Origin: Fibrobacteria bacterium
Lineage (GTDB): Bacteria > Fibrobacterota > Fibrobacteria > UBA11236
Assembly (NCBI GenBank): GCA_043732185.1
Contig: JAYTHY010000112.1
Coordinates: forward strand, 1-64,000
DNA length: 64,000 bases
Direction: 5' to 3'
How positions within the stretch are numbered: position 1 is the stretch's first letter; each line of letters begins with the position of its first letter. Shown in pieces: positions 1 through 11,154 of this stretch. A program made the translations under genes and the position numbers. The notes beneath the pieces were generated by a model, which worked only from the letters and a program-made list of their open reading frames with translations, did no database searches and was not told the origin of the DNA.

Positions 1-35
1 CTATGATACTCCAAGATTTCTGGCGAAGAAAACAT
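1..35 (-). CDS. Possible 5' end of a gene running off the window edge (MFSSPEILEYH...)
   Basis: ATG at 35 on the minus strand with a GAGGGAG Shine-Dalgarno-like sequence upstream; only 11 codons visible. Confidence 0.3.
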   Translation of the reverse strand, partial: MFSSPEILEYH

Positions 36-113
36 CCCGGCACACTCCCTCGTTTTTCCTAGGAAAAATTACCTTTTCCACACGAAAGGTCGAAGAGGCA
101 ATAAAAGGAACCT

Positions 114-467
114 ATGCTTAAATTTTATGGCTATAAAAAGTGTAATACGTGTCGCAATGCAGAAAAGGCTCTGGAAAAACTGGGCCGGACCTATGCATTT
201 ATCGATATCACCGAGGAGCCGCCCTCGGCAACCGAGCTGAACAAAATCATTCAGCAAAGTGGCGCGGAACTCCGCAAATTCTTCAATACCAGTGGCGTGC
301 AGTATAAGGAGTTAAAAATCAAGGACAAGGTTGGTACAATGACGCATGCTCAAATAGTGGTATTGCTGGCCGGGAACGGTCGCTTACTTAAGCGGCCACT
401 GGTGACCGATGGAAAACACAGCACAGTCGGTTTTGTGGAAGAGACTTTTCTTCAAACCTGGAGATAG
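114..467 (+). CDS. ArsC/Spx/MgsR family thioredoxin-fold protein
   Basis: N-terminal CNTC motif, FNTSG and LLKRPLV..GF motifs, AAGGA SD. Confidence 0.88.
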   Translation: MLKFYGYKKCNTCRNAEKALEKLGRTYAFIDITEEPPSATELNKIIQQSGAELRKFFNTSGVQYKELKIKDKVGTMTHAQIVVLLAGNGRLLKRPLVTDGKHSTVGFVEETFLQTWR

Positions 468-520
468 GGTGCCGGTTGAATTCGTGCACCGGCCTGCTTT
501 AGGTCAAAAATACATCCGAT

Positions 521-841
521 TTATTTCGGTCTGCCGTCCGGATTGACTTCGTTCAGCCATGCCAAAATGCCGCCCGTTACGTTGATGCCATTTGAATACC
601 CCTTGGATTTGAGGAATTCTATGGCCGTGCGGGATCGTCGGCCGGAGCGGCAATAGATATAGACTGTGGGGGCATCTTTGGGGATCTCGGCAAAGCGCTC
701 TTCGAGCTCACTCATTGGGATAAGTTTCCCGCCAATATTCACATCGTTGAACTCGTCTTCTTCCCGAACGTCAATAAGAACGGTTTTTGGGTCTTTTTCA
801 AGGATTTCACTTAATTCTTGCACCGAGATTTCATCTACCAT
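521..841 (-). CDS. Single-domain rhodanese (sulfurtransferase)
   Basis: LIDVRE..EF, active-site CRSGRRS, GGILAW motifs. Confidence 0.9.
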   Translation of the reverse strand: MVDEISVQELSEILEKDPKTVLIDVREEDEFNDVNIGGKLIPMSELEERFAEIPKDAPTVYIYCRSGRRSRTAIEFLKSKGYSNGINVTGGILAWLNEVNPDGRPK

Positions 842-941
842 AGGGTTTCCCTGGGGCCGAGCCCCGGATTGGGTTTTTGACCATTTTAGCCTTGTCCAAT
901 ATAGGATTTACTCACTTAGGCCGGTATAAACCCACTATCTA

Positions 942-970
942 TTGAAAATTACTGGGCTTATAGCTAGCTT
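942..970 (+). promoter_or_regulatory. Putative sigma70 promoter of rpsD
   Basis: TTGAAA-17 nt-TAGCTT. Confidence 0.45.
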
Positions 971-1024
971 GATGGGCCGTAAATTTTTGAACGAATCGAC
1001 CGAATTCGGCAAAGGAAGAATTGA

Positions 1025-1630
1025 ATGGCGGCTGGAGCAAAAGTAAAGATTTCCCGTGCATTAAACTTGGCAATTACACCCAAGGCTGCGCGGATTATGG
1101 AGAGAAGGTCCTTCACCCCTGGCCAGCACGGCTTGGCCCGCAAGAAGAGCCCGTCCACCTACAAACTGCAGTTGCTGGAAAAGCAAAGGCTCAAGGCTGT
1201 TTACGACGTCTCCGAAAAGCAGATGCGTAATTATTATGCCAAGGCCGCGCATTCCCATGAGTCCACGGGCACGGTGCTGTTGTCCCAACTGGAAACTCGG
1301 GCCGATGCCGCCATTTTCCGCATGGGCTTTTCCCGTACCATTTATGCTGCACGCCAATATGTGGCCCATGGTCATTTCATGATCAATGGCCGTCGCATCC
1401 AGACGCCTAGCCATCAGCTCAGAGTCGGCGATGTCATCACCGTTGTCGATGCATCCAAGAATCATCCCCAAATTATCGAAGCCCTGACCCATTCCGGTGG
1501 CGTCATGGTTCCCGAATACTATGAAATCAATAAAGTGAAGATGGAAGGCAAGCTTGTGGCTAAGCCCATTCGTGAGCAAATCCCCATCAAGTTAACCGAA
1601 CAGCATATCGTGGAATATTACTCGAAATAA
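1025..1630 (+). CDS. rpsD: 30S ribosomal protein S4 (cysteine-free type)
   Basis: PGQHG, LLEKQRLK, LETRAD, ARQYVAHGH S4 domain, C-terminal IVEYYSK. Confidence 0.97.
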   Translation: MAAGAKVKISRALNLAITPKAARIMERRSFTPGQHGLARKKSPSTYKLQLLEKQRLKAVYDVSEKQMRNYYAKAAHSHESTGTVLLSQLETRADAAIFRMGFSRTIYAARQYVAHGHFMINGRRIQTPSHQLRVGDVITVVDASKNHPQIIEALTHSGGVMVPEYYEINKVKMEGKLVAKPIREQIPIKLTEQHIVEYYSK

Positions 1631-1699
1631 AGTATTGGTTGATGGTTTGAAAAGGGCTGAAAGGCCTGAAAAGCCTGGAAGACCGCTTACAATCGAATC

Positions 1700-1727
1700 A
1701 GAGGATCCATTTGGGTCCTCTTTTTTT
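1700..1727 (+). terminator. Intrinsic terminator after rpsD
   Basis: GAGGATCC-attt-GGGTCCTC hairpin followed by a T run. Confidence 0.8.
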
Positions 1728-1799
1728 ATGTCCACAAATGTGCAGATGCGACTCTGAGCGAATGCAGTATTATTCTAAAAATCGGTTCCCAAAGGTTAA

Positions 1800-2468
1800 A
1801 TGCTGAAATATTTGCTCGCAGCACTTTTGTGGTCGACTAGTCCAGAGGTTTCGTCTCCGGTGAATAAGAACCATGCCGATTCCAATCCGTGTACCGTGTC
1901 CGGTTTCATAACCAAGCCGGATAAAACGCCTGCCATTGCCGCACAAATCCGGTTGCGTCCGCAACGCTTTTTGTTGGATTGGAATGCCCCGTTGAGTACA
2001 TCCATTGCCCAGGATGCGATGACGGACACGCACGGTCGATTTAACCTGACGGGTTTTTCACCAGGCGCGTATACCATTGAAATCCTTCAAGGTGACAGCC
2101 TGGGATGGATGTGCAGGATTGAGCTTTCCTCTGGAAATACCACCATATTATCTGGTGAATTAGAGATGACTGGAAAATTTAGAGGTTTTATTGCGCTACC
2201 CGATTCGGCACCCAATTTTTTCATTCAGGTTTATGGACTGGCTCGCCGCATTTCCGTACTGCCAAGTGGAAGCTTCAGCTTTGCGCTGGCTCCAGGTGAA
2301 TATGATTTTCAGGTGGCTTCAGAATCAGGCTTGTATCGGCCGCGAATAATATCGCATATCCTCATGATTTCGGATCGCGTTACCATGGTCGAGGAAATCA
2401 ATTCAGCGGAGCTCTTAATCAAGCCCGCCAATCTCGAATTCCCGGGAACATCCTTTCCGAAACCGTAA
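1800..2468 (+). CDS. Exported protein with tandem carboxypeptidase-regulatory-like (prealbumin-fold) domains
   Basis: Hydrophobic N-terminus; TD..GRF.L....PG.Y.IE motif; aligns by eye with the N-terminal half of the 51093-52844 lipoprotein. Confidence 0.65.
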   Translation: MLKYLLAALLWSTSPEVSSPVNKNHADSNPCTVSGFITKPDKTPAIAAQIRLRPQRFLLDWNAPLSTSIAQDAMTDTHGRFNLTGFSPGAYTIEILQGDSLGWMCRIELSSGNTTILSGELEMTGKFRGFIALPDSAPNFFIQVYGLARRISVLPSGSFSFALAPGEYDFQVASESGLYRPRIISHILMISDRVTMVEEINSAELLIKPANLEFPGTSFPKP

Positions 2469-2564
2469 TCTCTTCAAATTCCTCAAAATGTGCTGGGGAT
2501 CTAGCCTCACTTGTGGATGTTTCATCACACCCAGACCCACCTGCCGAGTCCGATAATAGAATAG

Positions 2565-4172
2565 ATGCGGAAATCGCTAATCCTTCCAGCAATTTGCCTT
2601 ATTTTGCTGACATCATGTTTCTTTGAATCCAGGGATGAGCAATCATCCGACCCTGGCTTTGTGAGTATGGAAATTAATCTAAAGCCCAGTTCCAACGCCT
2701 TGTTAAAAATTGCTTCCGCAGATACATTCTTTACCTTGGATACACTCAAGATTATTCTCAGTGCACCCTTTATTTCGCCCACCACGTACACCTATGTGAT
2801 AAATGGAAGATCGGATACTGGCAGCATTGCCGTGTCCACCAAAACATATGCTCTTGCATCTTTAAGAACATGGACCGCCAAAATAGTGGTTTTGGATACA
2901 GGTCTTAATCCAACGCGTACGGATACCGTTTATAAGGACTCGGTAAGCTTTTTGATTAAACCCGGAGACACGGCCTTTGTCAACAAGACGGCCAGTCCGG
3001 CATTTTCCATCTTGCGAGCCAGGCTTGTGTCAAACAGTCCAGGCAGCCTCACCAATCCTGTCAAATGGATACGGTTGCGAGTGGATGGCACCACGCGCGA
3101 CTCCATGCCGGTTGGCCCAAAATTAAAGGCCATAAGTTTCGGCAATGGCACTACCGGATCCGTGGTTGGAGATTCCGGTACCATATTACGAACGACAAAT
3201 TCAGGGGCCAATTGGTCTACAAATACCAGTGGCACGAGTCGCAATTTGAATTCCGTCAGTTTTACCAGCGCGACGGCAGGATTTGCAGTGGGAGATTCCG
3301 GCACCGCCTTAAAAACCACAGACGGAGTGACCTGGGCCCCGCAATCCACTGGCACCACCCAAAATCTAAACGGCCTTCATTTTAGAACGTCTTCATCTGG
3401 ATTCGCGGTTGGCAATGCGGGGACGATCAAAATCTCCAGTGGTACCAGCTGGTCCAATCCAACCACCAACCCCGCGACTCAAAACTTAAATGCAGTATTT
3501 TTTCCCAGCAACTCAGTCGGCTATGCAGTCGGAAATTCCGGCACCATTTTAAAAACTTCGAATACGGGTGTGGCCTGGGCAGCATTGACAAATGGAGCCA
3601 CTCGAAATTTAAATGCCGTATATTTCACCTCGACAACAGCAGGTTTCGCGGTTGGGGATTCTGGGACAATTCTAAAAACTACCGATGGATCAACGTGGGC
3701 AATTCTAACAAGTGGAACTACGAAAAAACTAAACGGCGTGTATTTTACAGCTACCAATACGGGTTATGCAGTTGGCGATTCCGGCACTTTATTGAAAACT
3801 ACGGATGGCACGTCCTGGACGCCCACGGTGCTGACCTCGGCACAAAACTTGAACGCTATACGATGGACAACGAACAACAACACAGGCGCACTAGTTGGGA
3901 ATGTCGGAACCATGATTACTGGTACCAATGGAACAACATGGTCCCATGCTTTAGTCGGGACCAAGTCCTTTGACATGCTTTTGACTTACAAATACCTGAC
4001 CCCGAACATCAGCCATACAGTACTGATGGATGCCATGGACACCTTATCAACACCATTGCGCGGTTACCAGGCTACCAAAACGATTTCGATATCCGCAGGG
4101 AAAGACACAACCATTACGCCCACTACTGGCTTGACAAAATGCGGCTATTCCGGATTTTCAAACTGCTTATAA
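2565..4172 (+). CDS. Lipoprotein with a 7-repeat YCF48/BNR-like beta-propeller
   Basis: Lipobox LLTSC; seven F...G.AVG..GT.LKT.DG..W repeats. Confidence 0.85.
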   Translation: MRKSLILPAICLILLTSCFFESRDEQSSDPGFVSMEINLKPSSNALLKIASADTFFTLDTLKIILSAPFISPTTYTYVINGRSDTGSIAVSTKTYALASLRTWTAKIVVLDTGLNPTRTDTVYKDSVSFLIKPGDTAFVNKTASPAFSILRARLVSNSPGSLTNPVKWIRLRVDGTTRDSMPVGPKLKAISFGNGTTGSVVGDSGTILRTTNSGANWSTNTSGTSRNLNSVSFTSATAGFAVGDSGTALKTTDGVTWAPQSTGTTQNLNGLHFRTSSSGFAVGNAGTIKISSGTSWSNPTTNPATQNLNAVFFPSNSVGYAVGNSGTILKTSNTGVAWAALTNGATRNLNAVYFTSTTAGFAVGDSGTILKTTDGSTWAILTSGTTKKLNGVYFTATNTGYAVGDSGTLLKTTDGTSWTPTVLTSAQNLNAIRWTTNNNTGALVGNVGTMITGTNGTTWSHALVGTKSFDMLLTYKYLTPNISHTVLMDAMDTLSTPLRGYQATKTISISAGKDTTITPTTGLTKCGYSGFSNCL

Positions 4173-4428
4173 TCCGTTAAAACTTCCTTATTGCCAGGTG
4201 CCGAAAACCTCTGTTGCTTCATATCGATCTCCCATCCGGATCCCTTTTGACGGTTGAAAAGTAAATGCGGTAACCCTTAACTGGAGTTGCGGGTATTGAT
4301 AAAATAAATCGGCTATGGACGTATAATTGGCCAGCGAACCCAAGTGATGCGCGCTATACTTGGAAGAGTTTTCAGCAGCCAAAATTTGGCGAAACAGATT
4401 GAGTGTCAATCCCGCAGAAGAGGTCGCG

Positions 4429-5622
4429 ATGAAACAGCTAAATATTCTTTTAGTCTGCGCTTTACTATTCGGATTTTCCACTAGTAGTCATGCCCAGGAT
4501 GTTTGGACACCTAGATCATATGGGGGCGGGGGGTACCTTTATTCGGTTATCTGGACTGGGAGTGAATTGGTATCGGTCGGTGACAGTGGCGCAGTGATCA
4601 CTTCCCTGGATGGCATAACCTGGACCCATCAAAACTCCGGAGTGAATGTGCGGCTCATTTCGGTAACATGGACAGGTAGTTTATTGGTTGCGATTGGAAA
4701 GTCTACAGTGATTACCTCCGTCGATGGCATCACGTGGACAACGCGTAAAAAAACGGGACTTTCACTTACCTGCGTCACTTGGGCGGGCAATAAGTTGGTG
4801 GCGGTGGGTGAAAAGGGATACACCTACACGTCACTGGATGGAATTGTGTGGACCTCGAATACCAATACCGGAACGGAATCTAAGCTCAACGCAGTTACTT
4901 GGACAGGATCCCAAGTGGTAGCCGTCGGTGAAAACGCGGAAGTGCTCACCTCACCCGATGGTATCAATTGGACTGTCAGGAATTCCGGTGGCATTGATGG
5001 GCCCCTCAATTCCGCAGTGTGGACGGGCAAACAATTGGTGGCTGTGGGCGACACGGGAAAGCTGATCACTTCGGCTGATGGGATAAGCTGGACCCCTCAA
5101 AACATCGGCACACTCGCAAGCTTCAGCTCCATAATTTGGACCGGTAGTGAGTTGGTGGCTGTGGGCGATAGTGGCCGAGTTGCGACTTCATCCAATGGTG
5201 TCAGCTGGACAAATAATAATGTTCACTTGAAGGTTGACTTTACCTCCGTGGCCTGGATGGGTAGCCAGTTAGTTGCGGTCGGATATAAGTATGCATTTGG
5301 TTTTATTCCGCTCGATGGCATGGTGATGACTACACCTGGGATTGGAACGACAAATCTCCGTACATTCGCCAATGAAAAGAGTGGAATTGGGCTGCGGATT
5401 ATGTCCAATATTTTATATGCGGCTGTGCCGAGTCACCTTCAGGGACAGCCGTTTCAGATATCCATATACGGCACAAATGGTCGGTTGTGGAGGGCATCGG
5501 AAATGAAACGCACCGATCAGGATGTCTCTATTTCAACTTCCACGCTTCCGAACGGCGATTATGTTTTTGTGACCAAAGGAGCTAACCAAGTTTTTTCGAA
5601 ATCGTTTCACTTGATGAGGTAA
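4429..5622 (+). CDS. Secreted 7-repeat beta-propeller protein with T9SS-like C-terminal domain
   Basis: Start MKQLN after AGAGGT SD (ORF track start 4360); signal peptide ending SHA-Q; seven WTG..LVAVG..TS.DG..W repeats; CTD IYGTNGR...LPNGDYVFV. Confidence 0.85.
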   Translation: MKQLNILLVCALLFGFSTSSHAQDVWTPRSYGGGGYLYSVIWTGSELVSVGDSGAVITSLDGITWTHQNSGVNVRLISVTWTGSLLVAIGKSTVITSVDGITWTTRKKTGLSLTCVTWAGNKLVAVGEKGYTYTSLDGIVWTSNTNTGTESKLNAVTWTGSQVVAVGENAEVLTSPDGINWTVRNSGGIDGPLNSAVWTGKQLVAVGDTGKLITSADGISWTPQNIGTLASFSSIIWTGSELVAVGDSGRVATSSNGVSWTNNNVHLKVDFTSVAWMGSQLVAVGYKYAFGFIPLDGMVMTTPGIGTTNLRTFANEKSGIGLRIMSNILYAAVPSHLQGQPFQISIYGTNGRLWRASEMKRTDQDVSISTSTLPNGDYVFVTKGANQVFSKSFHLMR

Positions 5623-5705
5623 TTTGTGCTTGGCTCTAAAGGTCGAATCGCTCGTGACATCCTAATTTCAGGAGAGATTGTCAGGATGCCCATTTTCCGA
5701 AAATT

Positions 5706-7709
5706 CTACTGAATTAAGCTAAACGGTTTCGAAATGCTTTGATTGAAATTTTTTACCTCAAGAAAATACCGTCCCTTGGGAATTCCGGATATTGGCACGA
5801 CAATCTCCCCTTGCGATTTAGCTCCAACTACTTCCATCAGCTTATGCCCGGTAATTCCGTAAATTGCTGCTTTGGTTTTATGCCCAAGCAAGGCGTTTGG
5901 TAAGGTGGCTAAGAGGAAAGTACGGGAGAGGCGAACGGACATGGCATTTTGTTCGTGAACAGTTGCAATAATTGTATTGGTCGTGCTCTGCGGAGAGGTG
6001 AGGATGACGCCGTTCTGTCCCACAGCTACGAGTAGAGAGGCTGTCCTGGTTATTGAATAGAGGATTTCGGTTGTTCCCGAATTAATTTTTGTCCAACGGA
6101 TGCCGTCCGGAGAGGTTAGAATAGTTCCTACATAGCCCACGGCTACAAGCCGAGTTCCCGTCCAGGTTACTCCGAATAAAAGCGTTGTGGTACCCGAGTT
6201 TTGTGTTGTCCAGGTGATTCCATCCGGAGAGGTAAGGATGGTTCCGGTCTCGCCCACGGTTACGAGTTGAGTGCCGGTCCAAACGACTGAGGCCATAATT
6301 TTACCGGATCCCAAATTTCTTTTTGTCCATGTCACTCCATCGGGGGAAGTGAGGACGGTTCGATTTGTCGAGTCTGAACCATACCCCACAGCCACAAGTT
6401 GGGTACCAGTCCAGACAATGGAGTTGAATTTTATATTTACTCCAGAATTTCTTTCTGTCCAAATTAGCCCGTTGGGAGAGGTGAGGACTATTCCATCAGA
6501 CCCCACAGCTACCAGTTGGGAACCGGTCCAGATTACGGAGGATAAAACCTGGAGAGAATCCGTTTTTCTAGTGGTCCATGTATTGCCATTTGGAGAAGTG
6601 AGAATGGTTCCATTGGAACCAACGGCAACGAGCAGGGTGCCGGTCCAAGTTAGGCATGAAATGAATTCGGTAGTACCTGAGTTTTTTGTTGTCCAGGAAA
6701 CCCCATCTGGAGAAGTGTGCGTTGTTCCGTAGCTGATGCCCACCAATTGTGTACCGGTCCAGACCATGGCCTTGAGGTTATTGGTTGTACCTGAGCTGCG
6801 TGTAGTCCAAGTGATGCAATCGGGGGAAGTAATGACGGTTCCATCGGCGCCCACAGCAACAAATTGAGAACCCGTCCAGAGTATGGATTTGATGTCCGAG
6901 TGGGCTCCGGAGTTTATTGTATTCCAGATGATGGCATCATTAGAATTGAGAAGGATTCCGCTAGTGCAAATGGCTACAAACAGGGTGCCGGTCCAGGTTA
7001 TAGAGAGTAGGGTCTCACCTATTACTGCGCCAGTTGCAGTCCAGGTGATGCCATCAGGAGAACTAAGAATACTATTCGTATGCCAGTCCGCAACAACAAG
7101 CTGGCTACCGGACCAGGTTATGGAGTTTAGGGATTCGGTTGTTCCCGAGGATCTTTTTGTCCAGTTGATACCATTTGGGGAGGCAAGCACAGTTCCACTA
7201 TCACCCACTGCAATGAGCTGGCTCCCAGTCCAAGTTATAGCACTGATATAATGGGTTGTACCCGAGGACCTTTTCGTCCAAGTGATGCCATTAGGAGAGG
7301 TAAGAATTGCTCCGCTATCGCTTACGGTTACGAGCTGGGTTCCCGTCCAGACAATGCCGGTTAGTATATCAGGTATACTTGATATTCGTGTAGTCCATGC
7401 AATGCCATTAGTAGAGGTGAGAATTGTTCCGCTACGGCCTACAGCTACAAACTGGTTGCCTGTCCATGCTATTGAATATAGGGATTCACTTGTACCAGAG
7501 GTTTGCGGAATCCAGGCGCGGCCATCGGTAGAGGTGAGGATGGTTCCGCCAGAACCCACGGTTACGAGTAGAGTACCGGACCAAGCTAAAGATGTTAAGG
7601 ATTCGCCAGTAGGGTAGGGGTTTCTACGCGTCCACACTTCCTGTGCAGAGGCAGGCAAAGAACAACCAACCACCAATCCCAAAAACAGAAGAAACCTGAT
7701 ACGTTTCAT
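5706..7709 (-). CDS. Secreted 14-repeat (double) beta-propeller protein with T9SS-like C-terminal domain
   Basis: Start MKRIRF after AGAGGT SD (ORF track start 7805); signal peptide ending ASA-Q; 14 repeats of the same family as 4429-5622; CTD IYGITGH...PKGRYFLEV. Confidence 0.85.
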   Translation of the reverse strand: MKRIRFLLFLGLVVGCSLPASAQEVWTRRNPYPTGESLTSLAWSGTLLVTVGSGGTILTSTDGRAWIPQTSGTSESLYSIAWTGNQFVAVGRSGTILTSTNGIAWTTRISSIPDILTGIVWTGTQLVTVSDSGAILTSPNGITWTKRSSGTTHYISAITWTGSQLIAVGDSGTVLASPNGINWTKRSSGTTESLNSITWSGSQLVVADWHTNSILSSPDGITWTATGAVIGETLLSITWTGTLFVAICTSGILLNSNDAIIWNTINSGAHSDIKSILWTGSQFVAVGADGTVITSPDCITWTTRSSGTTNNLKAMVWTGTQLVGISYGTTHTSPDGVSWTTKNSGTTEFISCLTWTGTLLVAVGSNGTILTSPNGNTWTTRKTDSLQVLSSVIWTGSQLVAVGSDGIVLTSPNGLIWTERNSGVNIKFNSIVWTGTQLVAVGYGSDSTNRTVLTSPDGVTWTKRNLGSGKIMASVVWTGTQLVTVGETGTILTSPDGITWTTQNSGTTTLLFGVTWTGTRLVAVGYVGTILTSPDGIRWTKINSGTTEILYSITRTASLLVAVGQNGVILTSPQSTTNTIIATVHEQNAMSVRLSRTFLLATLPNALLGHKTKAAIYGITGHKLMEVVGAKSQGEIVVPISGIPKGRYFLEVKNFNQSISKPFSLIQ

Positions 7710-8026
7710 TACAACCTCTTCTCTATAGGCCCACGAAATTTGAACTAATGCGAAGCATTTCATCTTATGACGATTAAGAAATGCGAAGTGGTTACCTAAA
7801 GCCACTGGGTTAACTCAAAAGTTGTGTATAGTCTTTTCCGTTCTGGAAGCACTGACTTTATTGGCGGCAGAAGTTCTGGGAACCTACCATGAAATGATCC
7901 CCATGATACACGTGATGGCATGGGTTAAAGAAAATCAGGCCGTAGGCGATCGAACTTTTGACTCTAAATTTTTGGTCGACCGATTCATCCAAATAATAGC
8001 CTCTCAGTCCTGAGGCAGGTGTTTTC

Positions 8027-8102
8027 TGGTGGAGCCTAGCGGAATCGAACCGCTGACCTTCTCATTGCGAACGAGACGCTCTACCAACTGAGCTAAGGCC
8101 CC
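8027..8102 (-). tRNA. tRNA-Ala(CGC)
   Basis: Reverse complement GGGGCCTTAGCTCAGTTGGTAGAGCG...TTCGCAA loop...GGTTCGATTCC...CTCCACCA; 76 nt, G3:U70 pair. Confidence 0.96.
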
Positions 8103-8220
8103 GCAGAAAACCGTACTTGCTGAGTAATTAGAATATTTTCCCCTAAATTTGCAAGCCACGGGGTTGAATGGGCCCATCCTTGTCCATCATTGGACCCTCA
8201 ATTTATTACCTTTCCAACCG

Positions 8221-10285
<2,065 letters not shown>

Positions 10286-10387
10286 TGCCAAAAGTCCGAA
10301 ATTCCCATATTTAGGGTTGTTTTCGACGAAATCCTGCCTGCGATGACCCACTAAATACGAATTTGGCTAGCAAAATGTGTTTTTCCC

Positions 10388-10416
10388 TTGCAAGACTGTT
10401 AAAAATGGGTTAACTT
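10388..10416 (+). promoter_or_regulatory. Putative sigma70 promoter of the RRM gene
   Basis: TTGCAA-17 nt-TAACTT. Confidence 0.5.
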
Positions 10417-10586
10417 TTGCCAAGCAGTAGCCCGCCTACCATATCTGCGAAGATATCCGTGGGGGCTCTGTAACAAGGACCGATGGTTTTATCTTACCCC
10501 CAGACGAACGCTCAAACTAAGTCTCCGAGGATCTCGATAATTCCTTGTTCCATTTCTATCCCAATTAATCGTATCCAAGGAGACGT

Positions 10587-10943
10587 ATGAATATTTATGT
10601 AGGTAATCTCGCTTTCGGCGTGACTCAGGACGAATTGACCGAGGCTTTCTCGTCATTTGGCCGTGTCACATCCACCAAAATCATCATGGACCGTGAGACC
10701 GGCAATCCCCGTGGATTCGCTTTCGTCGAAATGGCTGATCCTGCCGAAGCCCAAAAGGCTATCGAAGGCATGAATGGCGTTCAGATCCAAGGTCGCCCGA
10801 TCTCCGTGAACGAGGCTCGTCCTCGCGCTCCCGGCGGCGGTGACGGCGGCGGCTCGCGCGGTGGTGGCGGCGGCGGTTCCCGCGGCGGCTACGGCGGCGG
10901 TGGTGGTGGCGGCGGCGGCGGTGGCCAGCGCAATCGCTGGTAA
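10587..10943 (+). CDS. RRM RNA-binding protein with glycine-rich tail
   Basis: RNP2 IYVGNL, RNP1 RGFAFVEM, VNEARPR, Gly/Arg tail; AAGGAG SD. Confidence 0.95.
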   Translation: MNIYVGNLAFGVTQDELTEAFSSFGRVTSTKIIMDRETGNPRGFAFVEMADPAEAQKAIEGMNGVQIQGRPISVNEARPRAPGGGDGGGSRGGGGGGSRGGYGGGGGGGGGGGQRNRW

Positions 10944-11008
10944 ACTCCCGTCCTTCGTCCTAGGCACGTAAGTTTCTAGGACGGATTCGAGGCTTTACAC
11001 ACAGAATT

Positions 11009-11045
11009 AAGAACCCAACCCTTAGGGGCTGGGTTCTTTTTTTTT
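11009..11045 (+). terminator. Intrinsic terminator after the RRM gene
   Basis: AAGAACCCA...TGGGTTCTT stem followed by a T run. Confidence 0.85.
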
Positions 11046-11112
11046 GACAAAATTTTAGAATTCGATGAATCAGGGGGCCGACTGAGTCGGAAGGCGCGGA
11101 ACAGCGGGCCTA

Positions 11113-11154
11113 TTCAGCCCGTACCATGTTCAGTTCAGCCCGCACCATGTTCAG
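11113..11154. repeat. 21-bp tandem duplication spanning the tkt stop codon
   Basis: TTCAGCCCG(T/C)ACCATGTTCAG x2, one mismatch. Confidence 0.85.

Noticed and set aside
3120..7600. Regularly spaced DNA repeats resembling a CRISPR array
   Set aside because: Degenerate, in-frame protein repeats with variation at synonymous positions; no fixed repeat/unique spacer pattern and no cas genes
2930..7617. Repetitive antisense ORFs (VPESPTA / VQVMPSGE repeats)
   Set aside because: Shadow frames of the beta-propeller repeats on the opposite strand; no SD or independent features
7822..8013. 63-aa ORF beside tRNA-Ala(CGC)
   Set aside because: TTG start, no SD, no recognisable motif; may be a remnant but cannot be supported
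10830..10925. GGC/GGT-rich low-complexity repeat
   Set aside because: Encodes the ordinary glycine-rich tail of the RRM protein
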